From contig CAVYQE010000001.1 in the NCBI GenBank assembly GCA_963770565.1, positions 352,001 to 416,000 on the forward strand: 64,000 nucleotides of DNA. The letters are read 5' to 3'. Position 1 is the stretch's first letter, and the number at the start of each line of letters is the position of its first letter. The position numbers and the translations under genes were made by a program. Shown one piece after another: positions 35,321 to 46,320 of this stretch. Under the pieces are notes generated by a model. The model saw only the letters and a program-made list of their open reading frames with translations. It was not told the DNA's origin and did no database searches. The stretch is from an uncultured Actinomycetota bacterium (GTDB lineage Bacteria; Actinomycetota; Actinomycetes; JAFAQI01).

Positions 35321-36226
35321 TCAAAACATCGGCTCGCTCTCGGCGTTGCGCTGCTGCAAGCGCAGCCAGATGAATTTGACCGGCGGCCCGAGCACGAAGC
35401 CGGTGCATAGGATCGGAATCGAATAGGCGCGGATCGCCATGATCGCCACCAAGGCGAACACCACCCCCACGATATGGCTGAAGCTCCGCTGCCCACGAAA
35501 CATCTGATTCACGATATGGGGGTAGGGAATCCGCGAGACCATCAGGGCCGAGACGGCCAGCGCGAGGATGCAGACCCAAATTTCCATGATCGAATCGATC
35601 TGATGGATGCTGGCCAGCGGGCTCGAATCCTGCCGCAGCGAATAGAACAGGATCGCGAACCCGGCGATCGAGCCGGCCGCCGCCGGGCTGGGGAGCCCGC
35701 TGAAGAACAAGTGCGAGTCGTTCTCGGATGTTTCGACGTTGAAGCGGGCCAGCCGCAAGGCCGCGCAAATCGGCACGGCCGTGGCGATGATCCACACCGC
35801 TTCGCGAAAATGATAGGTCAGCGAAGGGCACATCGCCACCAGCAGAAACCCCGGCGCCACGCCGAACGAGACCACATCGCAGAGGCTGTCCAACTCGGCG
35901 CCGAATTCGGTCGAGGTGCGAGCGAGTCGGGCGACGTGTCCGTCGAGCGCGTCGAAGATCATGGCCAGGAAGATCAACCAGCCGCTGAGCATCGCATTCT
36001 GCGTGGGATCGCTGGCGTCCAAGCCGCCCAAGCCGATCGGCCCCTGAAACGAAATCTGGGCGGCCGTCGGCGGCTCGGGGCTGAGCGGACGATCGACGCG
36101 CGAGGAGACGACGATGCTGAAAAACCCGCACACGAGGTTTCCCAGCGTGAACAGGGTGGGCAAAACGGCGATCGTGCGGATTTTTTTCATGCGTTCGAAA
36201 TACTGTCGCGTTTCCGTAGCGGTCAT
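35321..36226 (-). CDS. pssA: CDP-diacylglycerol--serine O-phosphatidyltransferase
   Basis: 'PTLFTLGNLVCGF', 'FDALDGHVAR..FGAELDSLCDVVSFGVAP', 'RLARFN', 'FSGLPSP'. Confidence 0.95.
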   Translation of the reverse strand: MTATETRQYFERMKKIRTIAVLPTLFTLGNLVCGFFSIVVSSRVDRPLSPEPPTAAQISFQGPIGLGGLDASDPTQNAMLSGWLIFLAMIFDALDGHVARLARTSTEFGAELDSLCDVVSFGVAPGFLLVAMCPSLTYHFREAVWIIATAVPICAALRLARFNVETSENDSHLFFSGLPSPAAAGSIAGFAILFYSLRQDSSPLASIHQIDSIMEIWVCILALAVSALMVSRIPYPHIVNQMFRGQRSFSHIVGVVFALVAIMAIRAYSIPILCTGFVLGPPVKFIWLRLQQRNAESEPMF

Positions 36227-36314
36227 GCCCCGCAGGAAGGCGGCTCTCCCGAGCCGCGCAGTGATTGACGGCTCGGGAGAGCCGTCTTACGGGTTTGCGC
36301 CCCGGCCTCCGCAC

Positions 36315-37298
36315 TCAGGCATACCGCGCCACGATGTCGCGTCCCCCTTGGATATGTTGACCGACTTCGACCAGCACTTCCAGCCCTGCGGCCGGGAGGA
36401 TCAACTCGGTGCGCGAGCCGAGCTTGATCATGCCGATCTTTTCGCCGCGAGCAACCGTTTGCCCCGGCCGCAAGTCGCAGACGATCCGCCGCGCCACCTG
36501 CCCGGCCACTTGGCGCAGCGCCAGCTTGCGATGCGGCGCGGCCTCTTCCTCCAGGCCGATCCACATGAATTCGTTATGGATCGCACACTCGGGATTGAGG
36601 GCGCTGAGGAAGCGGCCCGGCGAGTATTTCAGCCGAATCACCCGCGCCGCGCACGGGGCGCGGTTGATATGCACATTGAAGATCGAGAGGAAAATGGCGA
36701 TCCGCACGGCCGGCCCGCCGACGAATTCGTCCTGTTCGAGCGGCGTCACCTCGACCACCTTGCCGTCGGCCGGGGCGACAATCGCCCCGACTTCTTGAGG
36801 CACGATCCGCGCCGGATCGCGAAAGAAATACACCACGAGAAACAGCGGAATCGCCGTCAGCGGCGCCAAATACCAGGCCGTCGCCAACAGTGCGATCGTC
36901 GCCGCCAACAGCGGCCAGCCCATGATCTGCAGTTCGGCCAATCCCCAGCGGGCAAACGGAATCCGCTCGCGCCAGGCAAACGGATCATCGAGCGGATCCC
37001 AATGGCAATCGGTCTGGTTGCGCAGGTATTTCAAATCGCGGGGGTCGAGAATCTCATGGGGGCAGCCGGCCGGATCGCCGCGGCGCGAGGCCCGCATCTG
37101 GCGGACAAAGCCGCGATTGAACGTCTTGAGCAACCACCGCCGCCCGCGCCCCCAGGCCAACTCGATGCGGTAGCAGACACCCCCGCCCGGCTGCGTGCTC
37201 TTGATTTCCGGAGGCAGCGGTTCCGGCTCGGCGCACGCCGGCTCGGCATGCAGGGGCGCCGAGGCAGCAGCGGACGTTTCAGCCGGACTCATCGACAT
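36315..37298 (-). CDS. psd: Phosphatidylserine decarboxylase proenzyme
   Basis: 'YFFRDP', 'APADGKV', 'IFLSIFNVHINRAP', 'GMIKLGSR'. Confidence 0.94.
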   Translation of the reverse strand: MSMSPAETSAAASAPLHAEPACAEPEPLPPEIKSTQPGGGVCYRIELAWGRGRRWLLKTFNRGFVRQMRASRRGDPAGCPHEILDPRDLKYLRNQTDCHWDPLDDPFAWRERIPFARWGLAELQIMGWPLLAATIALLATAWYLAPLTAIPLFLVVYFFRDPARIVPQEVGAIVAPADGKVVEVTPLEQDEFVGGPAVRIAIFLSIFNVHINRAPCAARVIRLKYSPGRFLSALNPECAIHNEFMWIGLEEEAAPHRKLALRQVAGQVARRIVCDLRPGQTVARGEKIGMIKLGSRTELILPAAGLEVLVEVGQHIQGGRDIVARYA

Positions 37299-37450
37299 CG
37301 CGATTTTCCCTCGGGGCGGCGGGGCCGCACGAATTCGGCATGGCCGGAACTCCAAATCCTACTTCTCCCGAGCGGCGGCCGGTAGCCCAGACCGACGTTG
37401 GGTGGGAGAATGAGTACAAGTCGCGGTTCGCGCACGACGGAGCAGCTCGC

Positions 37451-37584
37451 CGCGAAAGGGGTCGGGAGTCGATTTCGCCCACCTTACGACCCGTAGTGCC
37501 AACCGGCATCATGGCGAAATCGACTCCCGACCCCCTTTGGCAACGCCCGCCGGAAGATATGCCGGTTTTCGGACAGTCTCCTAG
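37451..37584. mobile_element. MITE type 1 copy between manA and psd
   Basis: Internal hairpin plus right end ggacagtctc-ctag. Confidence 0.78.
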
Positions 37585-37601
37585 TGTTGCCGCGCGGCGG
37601 C

Positions 37602-38576
37602 TCAGGGTAAATAGATGTCGAGCACCACGGCGTGCGGAGGTTGGGGCGCGAGCTTGATCTGGCCGGCCGCAGCGGGAACGAGAATTGTTTCTCCCAGACG
37701 CAGCGGCCGCTCGGCCGGATCCCCCTCGACCTCGACCGCTCCCTCGATTACGGAGAAAATGTGGAAGCGGTCGTCCCCCGCCACTTCGCGAGGCAAGGCG
37801 ATCTGCCAGCGATCGAGCACGAATTTGTCGCAAGCAGTCAGCCGCATCACCTGCGGCCGCTCCGTCGCCACCGGCTGCGAAGGCCCCACGGGCCCTTGGT
37901 CGTAGTCGATCGCCTCGAGCACCGCGTCGATATGCAAAGTCCGCGGCCGGTCATCCGGCCCCAGCCGATCCCAATCGAACAGCCGATAGGTCGTGTCGCT
38001 CGATTGCTGAATTTCGGCGATGAGCAAGCCGGCTCCCAACGCATGCACGGTGCCCGAGGGCAACAGAATGCAATCCCCCGCCCGCGGCTCGAACCGATGC
38101 AGGCAGAGTTCGCAGGTGCCGCGGGCGACTTCGCGGGCCAGCGCCGCGCGATCGAAGCCGCGCTTCAAGCCGGCATAGATCTTGCTTCCCGGTTCGGCGG
38201 CCAGCACGACCCAAGCTTCGGTCTTGCCGGAGCCGGGGGGCGTGAGTTCGGCGGCGCGCGCATCGTTGGGATGCACTTGCACCGACAGCGCCGCCTGGGC
38301 ATCGAGAAACTTGAAGAGCAGCGGAAAGGTCGCTTGGCGCGGATGCCGGCCGAAAAGTTCCGCACCGTGCCCGACGACGATCTCGTGGAGCGTCTGTCCG
38401 GCCAGCGGCCCTGCGGCCACGCGGCTCCGATCCGCTCCATGATCGACGATCTCCCAACTTTCCGCATAATCGGCTTCCGGGCCGATCGGCTTGCCCAATA
38501 CGGTTCCCAGCCGCCGGCCTCCCCACAGATAGCGGCGCCAAATCGGCTCGAAACGCAGGGGATACAGCGCGGGCAT
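37602..38576 (-). CDS. manA: Type I mannose-6-phosphate isomerase
   Basis: 'YLWGGRRL', 'AESWE', 'FPLLFKFLDA..LSVQVHP', 'GKTEAW', 'GTVHALG', 'EIQQSSDTTYRLFDW'. Confidence 0.95.
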   Translation of the reverse strand: MPALYPLRFEPIWRRYLWGGRRLGTVLGKPIGPEADYAESWEIVDHGADRSRVAAGPLAGQTLHEIVVGHGAELFGRHPRQATFPLLFKFLDAQAALSVQVHPNDARAAELTPPGSGKTEAWVVLAAEPGSKIYAGLKRGFDRAALAREVARGTCELCLHRFEPRAGDCILLPSGTVHALGAGLLIAEIQQSSDTTYRLFDWDRLGPDDRPRTLHIDAVLEAIDYDQGPVGPSQPVATERPQVMRLTACDKFVLDRWQIALPREVAGDDRFHIFSVIEGAVEVEGDPAERPLRLGETILVPAAAGQIKLAPQPPHAVVLDIYLP

Positions 38577-38584
38577 GGCCAACC

Positions 38585-39889
38585 TCACTCGCCGCCGATT
38601 TTCACGCTGAGCGATCCGGAAGCGGCATCCAATTCGCCGCAGGAAACATTCGAGCGCAGATAGAGGGTGCCGGACTGCTTCGGCCGAATCGTCGCGCCCA
38701 GCCCGATCGTCAGCGGCGAGGTCAAGGGGCTGTCCGGGTTGTATTGGCCGTCCGGCCGTACCGCGGCGAGCAAGATGCCCAGCGGCTTGCCGTGCCAATA
38801 GCGAATGGAGACGCCTCCCGGCTCGCACCACCAGATGCGCGGCTTCTTGGCCACCTGATAGCGTCCGCTGGCCGTCAAACGATAGGTCTTGCCCGCCGTC
38901 AATTCCACGCCGCTATTCTGCCAACCGCGGTCGATGGCGACCGTCACCGTCGCGCCGGCGGCGGGCAGCGGGCGGCCGGGCGTGAAGTCGATCGCCGTGC
39001 GGCGAAAATCGTAGCCATAGGTCAAATCGCTCGCGAACACCTGAAATTCCTCGGCCAATTCGGCGCCGTCGCGGGCGAATTTCTTGGCGAAGTTTCGATT
39101 GAAATTCGGCGCTGCGGCCAGCCGCCAAACTTCGTGGAACCGGTCGCGATAGCGCGGATGATGATCGAGAAAGGCAACCGCCGCCCAACTCCAGGCATAG
39201 GGATCGACCTTCAAATGGGCATGGGTGTCGTAGGCCAGGATATCGGCCAGCGAATGAACGCGATGATGGGCCTCGTCGTCCTGAATGATCTCGATCCGCC
39301 CCAGCTTCGGCACCTCCGACGCCTTGGCGGGAAAATAGTCGAGCGTGAGCTTGCCGTCGTGCCAGCGATGAGTTCCCAACAGCTCGGCCATCCCTTCGCT
39401 ATACCAGGGCGGGCCCCAACCTCCCAGCACCGTGAGCATGAAGCCGTGCGTCCCTTCATGCAGCAGCAAATGCCGGCGAAAGTAGTCGCTCAAGGGCACG
39501 GCTTGGCCATGATCGATCGCTCGGTTGTAGAGCCAAGATTCGTCCCCCTGCGTGTAACCGAACAAGAACGGCGGCAAATCGGCGGGGAACAACCCGCTCG
39601 CTTGAAAACGGCGCGTGTCTTGCATGAGATAGGCGGTGTGATGCCAATCGGCATGCGTCTGTTCATCGATGCCGAAATAGGCGCACCACTGCGTAAACGC
39701 CTGATCGAAGACCTCCGGCAATTCATCGATAGTCGGACGCGACGGGACGTCGGTGTAGAGCGTGAGCCGTTTGCTGTTGAGCGTCCGGATTCCCGCGGCC
39801 CGCACCCGCGCCGCGTCGATCTGCCGGGCTTGCGCGGCCGACGGAGCCAACAGACCGGCGGCGAACATCAGCAGGCTGGCCACGAGCAT
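38585..39889 (-). CDS. Exported protein with HExxH zincin-like domain (DUF1570-like) and lectin-like C-terminal beta domain
   Basis: Signal peptide; 'LLLHEGTHGF...PPWYSEGMAE'; 'YAWSWA'; 'VAIDRGWQNSGVELTAGKTYRLTASG'. Confidence 0.75.
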   Translation of the reverse strand: MLVASLLMFAAGLLAPSAAQARQIDAARVRAAGIRTLNSKRLTLYTDVPSRPTIDELPEVFDQAFTQWCAYFGIDEQTHADWHHTAYLMQDTRRFQASGLFPADLPPFLFGYTQGDESWLYNRAIDHGQAVPLSDYFRRHLLLHEGTHGFMLTVLGGWGPPWYSEGMAELLGTHRWHDGKLTLDYFPAKASEVPKLGRIEIIQDDEAHHRVHSLADILAYDTHAHLKVDPYAWSWAAVAFLDHHPRYRDRFHEVWRLAAAPNFNRNFAKKFARDGAELAEEFQVFASDLTYGYDFRRTAIDFTPGRPLPAAGATVTVAIDRGWQNSGVELTAGKTYRLTASGRYQVAKKPRIWWCEPGGVSIRYWHGKPLGILLAAVRPDGQYNPDSPLTSPLTIGLGATIRPKQSGTLYLRSNVSCGELDAASGSLSVKIGGE

Positions 39890-40067
39890 TCCGCGCCGGA
39901 CTACCGCGGCCTGGCCGAGCAGGGTCGATCATCGGGAATGCTTTCGGCAATGCTTCTCTCCTCGCGACCCGTGCCGCTCTCCCCATGATGCGCGTGCATC
40001 ACGAATCCGTCGATACTCTCGGTTCCATCCTCCTCATTCTAATCTCCACCATCGATCTCCCCAAGTG

Positions 40068-40165
40068 GCCACACTAGCCCGAAGCGCTAGCGAGGGAGTC
40101 GGAACGAAGCGCTAGCGAGGGAGTCGGAACGAAGCGCTAGCGACGGAGTCGGAACGAAGCGCTAG
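40068..40165. repeat. REP with 25-bp tandem amplification (CGAAGCGCTAGCGAGGGAGTCGGAA x3.4)
   Basis: Direct reading of 40080-40165. Confidence 0.85.
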
Positions 40166-40341
40166 GAGACTGTCCGAGAACGGGCATAGCTTCCGGCGGG
40201 CGTTGCGAAAAGGGGGTCGGGAGTCGATTTCGCCCGCTGAACGACCCGTAGTGCCGACCTGCATCATGGCGAAATCGACTCCCGACCCCTTTTCGCTGCG
40301 AGCATCCCCTCGCCGCAGCCCGTTCTTGGACAGGCTCCTAG
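40162..40341. mobile_element. MITE type 1, most complete copy (180 bp including flanking CTAG)
   Basis: Left end ctaggagactgtccgagaacgggc; right end gcccgttcttggacaggctcctag (22/24 inverted match). Confidence 0.85.
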
Positions 40342-41260
40342 TGTGGCGCGGCGGGATAGTGTGGCGGGCGGTCCGCGCACGAGCCTTCTCCGCCGAGAAT
40401 GCCCAACAGTATTCGCCGCACTTTCGCTTCCGACCTGGCGGCGGCGGCGATGACTTCCGCGCCGGTCGTTTTGTTCGGGGCGTCGGGCAGGCCGATGTTG
40501 GTGATTGTGGATAGGGCCAGGATGCGCAGGCCGAGCCGCGCGGCGGCGAGCACCTCCGGCACGGTCGACATCCCCACGGCGTCTCCGCCGATCCGCCGCA
40601 GGAAGCGATATTCGGCGCGGGTTTCGTAATTCGGCCCCGTCACGCCGATGTACACGCCTTGATGAGCGGCGAAATTCGCGCGGCGGGCGATCGCTGCGGC
40701 CCGATCGACGAGATCCCGATCGTAAGCGGTCGGGCGGAATGCGTCGGCCGCGCGATCGGCGGATTGCCGCGGTTCGGCGCCGCCGGCCGCGCCCGCTGCC
40801 GCCCAGGGCGGCCCGCGGCTCGGCTCGAGGCGGGGCAGCAAGTTGATGTGATCCGTAATCAGCAGAATGTCGCCCGGCGCGAGCGCGGATCGAGCCCCCC
40901 GGCCGCATTGGTGACGATCAGGGTCTCGATGCCCAGTGCCCCCATCACGCGGGTGGGAAACGTAATTTCCTCGAGCGAATAACCTTCGTAGGCATGTAGC
41001 CGGCCATCCATGACGACAACCGCTTGTCCCGCCGCGCGGCCGCAGACCAATCGTCCCCGATGCCCTAGCGCCGTGGCCCGGCGGAAATGGGGGATCGCCT
41101 CATAGGGCAAAATCGCCTCGGCCGCGATCTCATCGACGAAAGGCCCGAGTCCGGTGCCGAGGATGATCCCGGCTTGCGGCCGGCAATTCCAGCGGTCGCG
41201 AATCCAGTTCGCGGCTTGGGCAATTTGTGACGCCGGATCGAGCGAATTCTGGCATGGCAT
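40338..41260 (-). CDS. Purine nucleoside phosphorylase (PNP-I/XapA type); frameshift near 40870
   Basis: 'GIILGTGLG', 'GHRGRL', 'GRLHAYEGY', 'LIVTNAAGG', 'GPNYETRAE', 'GGDAVGMSTVPE'. Confidence 0.92.
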
Positions 41261-41316
41261 GGCGGACCGATCATACCCGAGCACCGAGAAAAGTGGTATT
41301 CTTTGACGCACACACT

Positions 41317-42120
41317 ATGCTCACAATCTCCACGATCGCCGAATTTCTGGAAAACTTCGCCCCGGCCCGCTTGGCCGAGTCGTGGGATAACGTCGGATTG
41401 TTGGTGGGCGACGCTCGGCGGCCGATCGAGCGGCTGATGACCTGCCTGACTCTCACGACCCACAGTGTCGCCGAAGCGGTCGCCGAACGGGTCGATCTCG
41501 TTGTCACGCATCACCCGCTCCCCTTTCGGCCGCTCAAGCGGCTGACGACCGACTCGGTCGAGGGACGGTTGCTGCTTGAATTGATCGAGGCCCGCGTCGC
41601 CGTTTATAGCCCGCATACCGGCTTCGATTCGACCGGCGGCGGGATCAACGAGCGGTTGGCCGCCGGGCTGGGTTTGAAGGCGCTGGCGCCGCTGGTGGCC
41701 GACGCGGCCGATCCGGCGATCGGCACGGGCCGCTGGGGCCAACTCTCCCCGCCGCTGCCGCTGGCGGAGTTGGCGTTGAAGGCCGCCCGGTTCCTGGCGA
41801 TCGAAACGGTCCAATTCGTCGGGCGGCCCGATTGCCCCGTCGGCCGCGTCGCTGTCGGTTGCGGCAGCGCGGGAGAATTGCTCGCCGCGGCGCAAAATCT
41901 GCACTGCGATGCCTTCGTCACCGGCGAGGCCCGGTTTCATGCCTGTCTCGAAGCCGAAGCGACCGGCATCGGGCTGGTGTTGGCGGGTCATTATGCCAGC
42001 GAGCGGTTTGCCATCGAGCAGTTGGCGGAATTGCTGGCAACGGAGTTCACCGGGATCAGCGTGTGGGCCAGTCGCCAAGAACGGGATCCACTCGGCTGGC
42101 TCCAAACGAACTGTCTCTGA
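41317..42120 (+). CDS. Nif3-like dinuclear metal centre hexameric protein
   Basis: 'AESWDNVGLLVG', 'VTHHPLPF', 'YSPHTGFD', 'GHYASE'. Confidence 0.94.
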   Translation: MLTISTIAEFLENFAPARLAESWDNVGLLVGDARRPIERLMTCLTLTTHSVAEAVAERVDLVVTHHPLPFRPLKRLTTDSVEGRLLLELIEARVAVYSPHTGFDSTGGGINERLAAGLGLKALAPLVADAADPAIGTGRWGQLSPPLPLAELALKAARFLAIETVQFVGRPDCPVGRVAVGCGSAGELLAAAQNLHCDAFVTGEARFHACLEAEATGIGLVLAGHYASERFAIEQLAELLATEFTGISVWASRQERDPLGWLQTNCL

Positions 42121-42326
42121 CGCAAGTCCTTTGGCAGCCGGAGCGAATGGCCGTTCGTTGACGAACAAACGGGCCGGTCTAAAATGAGGCGGGAGGGAGC
42201 GGAGAGCCGGGAGCCGGGGGCCGGGAGCGGAGAGCAGTCAGCGCGGAGCAGGGAGCAGGGAGGGAGCGAGCCGCGACGCGGAACGCTCAATTTCATACTT
42301 CATCGTCCGAATTCAGGTCGTCATCC

Positions 42327-43077
42327 ATGTCGTCGCGATTTTCTCACGGCCCTGCCGGTTTACAACGAGGTCGGCCACGTCACGGCCGTTCTCGATGAAG
42401 TCTTGCGGTATAGCCCCGACGTGCTGGTGGTCGACGATGGCTCGAACGACGGCACTTCGGAGTTGCTCGCTGCCCGGCACGACATTCGCCGCGTCACGCA
42501 TGAGGTCAATCGCGGCTATGGGGCGGCGCTGCGATCGGCCTTCGATTATGCGCTGGCCCACGGTTTCGACACGTTGGTGACGATCGACTGCGATGGCCAG
42601 CATACGCCGCAACGGATTCCGCTGTTCGTGGCGGCTGCGGCCGACGCCGACATCGTCTCCGGGAGCCGCTATCTGGAGCGGTTCGACGCCGACAGCTTGC
42701 CCCCGGCCGATCGCCGCCGGATCAACCAGCAAGTCACCGCCGAATTGAACCGCCGCTTGGGCCTGAATCTGACCGACGCCTTTTGCGGGTTCAAGGCCTA
42801 CCGAGCCACGGCGCTCGAGGCCCTGGACATTCGGGAGCCGGGTTACGCGATGCCGTTGGAGTTGTGGGTGCAGGCAGCCTGCGCCAGGCTGAAGATCGTC
42901 GAACTGGCCGTGCCGCTCATTTATTTGGAGGAGGAGCGTTCGTTCGGCGGCTCGCTCGACGATGCCCGCACCCGGCTGAAATACTATCACGAAATCATCG
43001 ATCGCAGCCTGGCCGCGCTCGATGCCGGCCCGCGGCGCGATTGCCTCGCGTCGGGGCGCGACGCCAAACAGACTTAG
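42327..43077 (+). CDS. Glycosyltransferase family 2 (DPM1-like); probable frameshift near the start
   Basis: 'LPVYNE', 'VVDDGSNDGT', 'NRGYGAAL', 'TIDCDGQH', 'SGSRY', 'DAFCGFKAY'. Confidence 0.92.
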
Positions 43078-43164
43078 GGCGAGGGACCGCCGGAGTTTTC
43101 CCGCCGCCCCGTCGCGGCACGACGTATTGCCCTTCCCTTCGCACTTTTTCGCGGCTCAGAGATC

Positions 43165-44893
43165 GTGATCATCGAAACACCTTGCGCAACCCGTTGCTTG
43201 ACTCCCAAACGCCCCATCTCGAATGCGGAACTTTCGGCCCCGCGGACGAGCGGCGCGAAGCTCATCGAGCCGCCGCTCGGCGCGGCCGACGACTTGGCCG
43301 CCGCCAACCGCCGCCGGATCGACGATTCGGATTATGAATTGCAAGGGCGGCGCTTGCCGGTTCTGGCTGCGCAGGCCCGCGAGCAGCTTCTGGCAGCGGC
43401 CTTGCGCTACACGCGGCACCTATCGCGACGTCGATCCGCCGCCGGCCGACGGCCCTCTGTTTCTGGCCGGCCATCAACCCGAGATGTTTCATCCGGGCGT
43501 CTGGTTGAAGAACTTCGTCTTGGCGCGGCTGGCCCGGCGGAATGCAGGAGCGGCCGTCAATCTGGTTATCGACAGCGACACGATCAAATCCTCGTCGCTG
43601 CGCGTGCCCGGCGGCTCGGTCGCCGCGCCCACGCTCGAAGGGGTCTTGATCGATCGCCCCTCGGCCGAGATTCCGTTTCAGGCCCGCGAGATTCAGGATC
43701 TCGAGTTGTTCGCGAGTTTCGGGGGGCGGGCCAGCGCGCGGCTGAGTTCGCTGGTCCGCGATCCGCTGTTGCGCGACTATTGGCCGAAAGCCGTGGAGTG
43801 TTCGCGGCGAACGCGGAATCTGGGCGAATGCTTGGCCCAATCGCGGCATCAATGGGAAGGCGGTTGGGGGATTTCGACGCTCGAGATTCCCCAAAGCGAA
43901 GTTTGCCATTTGGAGGCGTTTCAATGGCTGACGGCCCATTTGCTGGCCCATTTGCCGCGGTTCTGGGACGTGTATAACTCGGCGCTGGCCTGTTATCGGC
44001 GTTGCTATCATGTGCCGCAGCCATGCGCATCCCGCCCCGGAATTGGCGACCGACGGCGACTGGCTCGAAGCGCCGTTCTGGATTTGGACCGACCACGACC
44101 CGCGGCGGCGGCGCGTGTTTGCCCGCCAACGCGGCGATGAGCTGCTGCTCACCGATCGCGAGGGGCTCGAAATCCCACTCGCCCTCTGCGCCGAGTGCGA
44201 CGCGGACCGGGCCATCGAGCAATTCGCGGCCCTCGCTCCGCGGGGCATCCACTTGCGGAGCCGCGCCCTGTTGACGACGCTCGCCGCGCGGCTGCTCTTC
44301 GGCGACGTGTTCCTGCATGGAATCGGCGGGGCGAAATACGATCGGCTGACCGATGCCATCATCGAACGCTTCTTCGGGCTCGAGGCGCCGGTTTATATGG
44401 TCGTGTCGGGCACCTTGCATCTGCCGATCGCGCGGCCGGCCGTCAGCGGCGATGATTTGCGCGGCGCCGAGCGCGCGCTGCGCGAAATGACTTTTCATCC
44501 CGAGCGGTTTCTCGACGGTGCCGCGGGCGCGGGATCGGGATCGGTCGGGGCCGGCAGCAGCGCGGCAACCCGAGATAGCGGGCGAAGCATCGTCCGGCGA
44601 CCGCTCCGTGAACGGCGCGGCGGCGACGTGGATCGAGCAAAAGCGGCATTGGATCGCCGCCCCCTTCGCGCCGAGCGCAGCCCGCGAGCGGACCCGTGCG
44701 ATCCGACAGGCGAATGAACAGCTTCAGGCGGCCGTGGCGACTCGCCGCGACGCGGGCCGCCGCCCGCGCGGAGCGGCTCCGCCGCGAGCTGCGCGCGGAA
44801 AAGATTCTGGCGGCGCGCGATTATGGATTCTGTCTGTATCCGGAAAAAAGTTTGCGCGAATTTCTACTGGCTTTTCCCGGCGAGAGCGTTTAG
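43165..44893 (+). CDS. Conserved hypothetical protein, possibly BshC-like; several frameshifts
   Basis: 'LFLAGHQPEMFHPGVWLKNF', 'RSHAHPAPEL', 'EAPFW', 'RSRALLTTL', 'FLHGIGGAKYD', C-terminal coiled coil, 'RDYGFCLYP'. Confidence 0.7.
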
Positions 44894-45064
44894 TCTGTTA
44901 TCCAATAGGGGTACTCAAGGATCGAAGTCCAGCCAACACGACAGCCCGCCTCTTAGCGGAATTCGCTGGAATTCCGCGGTTCGGGCAACCTCGGACATCC
45001 GAATTCCAATAAATTCGGCTACGGGGCTCCTAAGCTGCGCTGTCGTACCAAGAAGGGATTCTCA

Positions 45065-46320
45065 ATGAGTCGCTCGGCAAGTGGGGCGGTCGGTTCGGCA
45101 ACGCAACGTGCGGCGGTGGCAACCGCCGAAGGAACGAAGAGTCGCCCGCCGTCGCGACGGACGCTCGTGTCACGGCCGACGCCCGCGTTGCAACCGACGC
45201 CCGTGTCGTCACCGAGACGCGTGTCGCGACCGACAGGCGTGTCGGATCGTCGGCGAGACGCGAATCGCTCTGGGCTCGCCGAGCCCAAACCGCCGCGTCT
45301 GCCGGAAGGGAAGACCTCCTCGCCGGACGATCATCGGTCCACTGCGCGGGAAAGCTCTCGCCGCCGCAGCGCCCGAGCGCCGCGCTCGAATCGGCTCGCA
45401 AGGCGCCTCCCCGCGCCGCCGCGGCTTCCCGAGGGGAACGCCCGCGCGACACGGCGCGGTCGCCGGCGCGGTCGCACGACGCGGTCGCGCCCAACCGTCG
45501 GCGGGTGCGCCGGATTGGACGGTGCTGGCCGCGCGGGCCGGCGACCATCCCGGCATTTATGACTGGCTGTTGAGCCTGTTTCATGCTCCGACGCGGCAAG
45601 AGTTCCAAGCCGAGCAGGACGATCCGACCTACGAACCGACGAACCGCCTGCTGGTGAAGCGCGATCGCGGATCATCGCCCACGCCCAGCTCATCCAGCGC
45701 ACGATGCTGTTCGGCTCGCTCCGGTTGCCGATCGATCAAGTCGCCTGGCTGGGAACACTTCCCGAGTTTCGCCGCCAAGGGGCGGCCAGCGCGCTGCTCT
45801 CGGCGAGCGATGAAAAGATGCTCCGCGACGGCGCCGCGCTGGGCCTGTTGCGGACCCGCGTGCCGCATTTCTTTCATCGTTGCGGATGGGCGGTCTGTGG
45901 GCGCCATTGCTATTCCAAGGCCAAGACCCGCGACATCTTGGCCCGCTATTGGGCCGAGCCGGGTTTGCGCCGCGGGACGATGAACATCCGCCTGTGGAAG
46001 CATTTCGAGATGCCGGCCTTGATGCGGATCTATGCCCAAAACACGGCCGGCGGCTGCGGCCCGCTGGCCCGCAGCGAAACCTATTGGCGATGGCTGATTT
46101 CGCGCGGCGCGTTCGACCAGATCATGATCGCCCTGGCCGGTCCCGATCGATTGGACTTGAACGAAATCTCGGCGCCGATCGCCGGCTATGCCGTGGTCCG
46201 CCAAGAGCGCGTGGTCGAATTGCTCACCGATCCCGCCTATCCGCGCGCCGGCGTGCAATTGCTGGCCCGGGCCTGCTCGGATGCGATCGAGCGGCGCGGC
46301 AACGAGATCGTGCTGGAAGC
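45065..46320 (+). CDS. GNAT-family acetyltransferase (Eis-like); frameshifted and cut at 46320
   Basis: 'GDHPGI', 'LGTLPEFRRQGAASALL', 'RSETYWRWL', 'GYAVV', 'LLARACSDAIE'; the sequence switches to relaxase DNA after 'EIVLEA'. Confidence 0.8.

Noticed and set aside
40080-40165. Mini-CRISPR from 25-bp repeats
   Set aside because: Head-to-tail tandem copies without spacers, derived from the CACTAGCCCG REP
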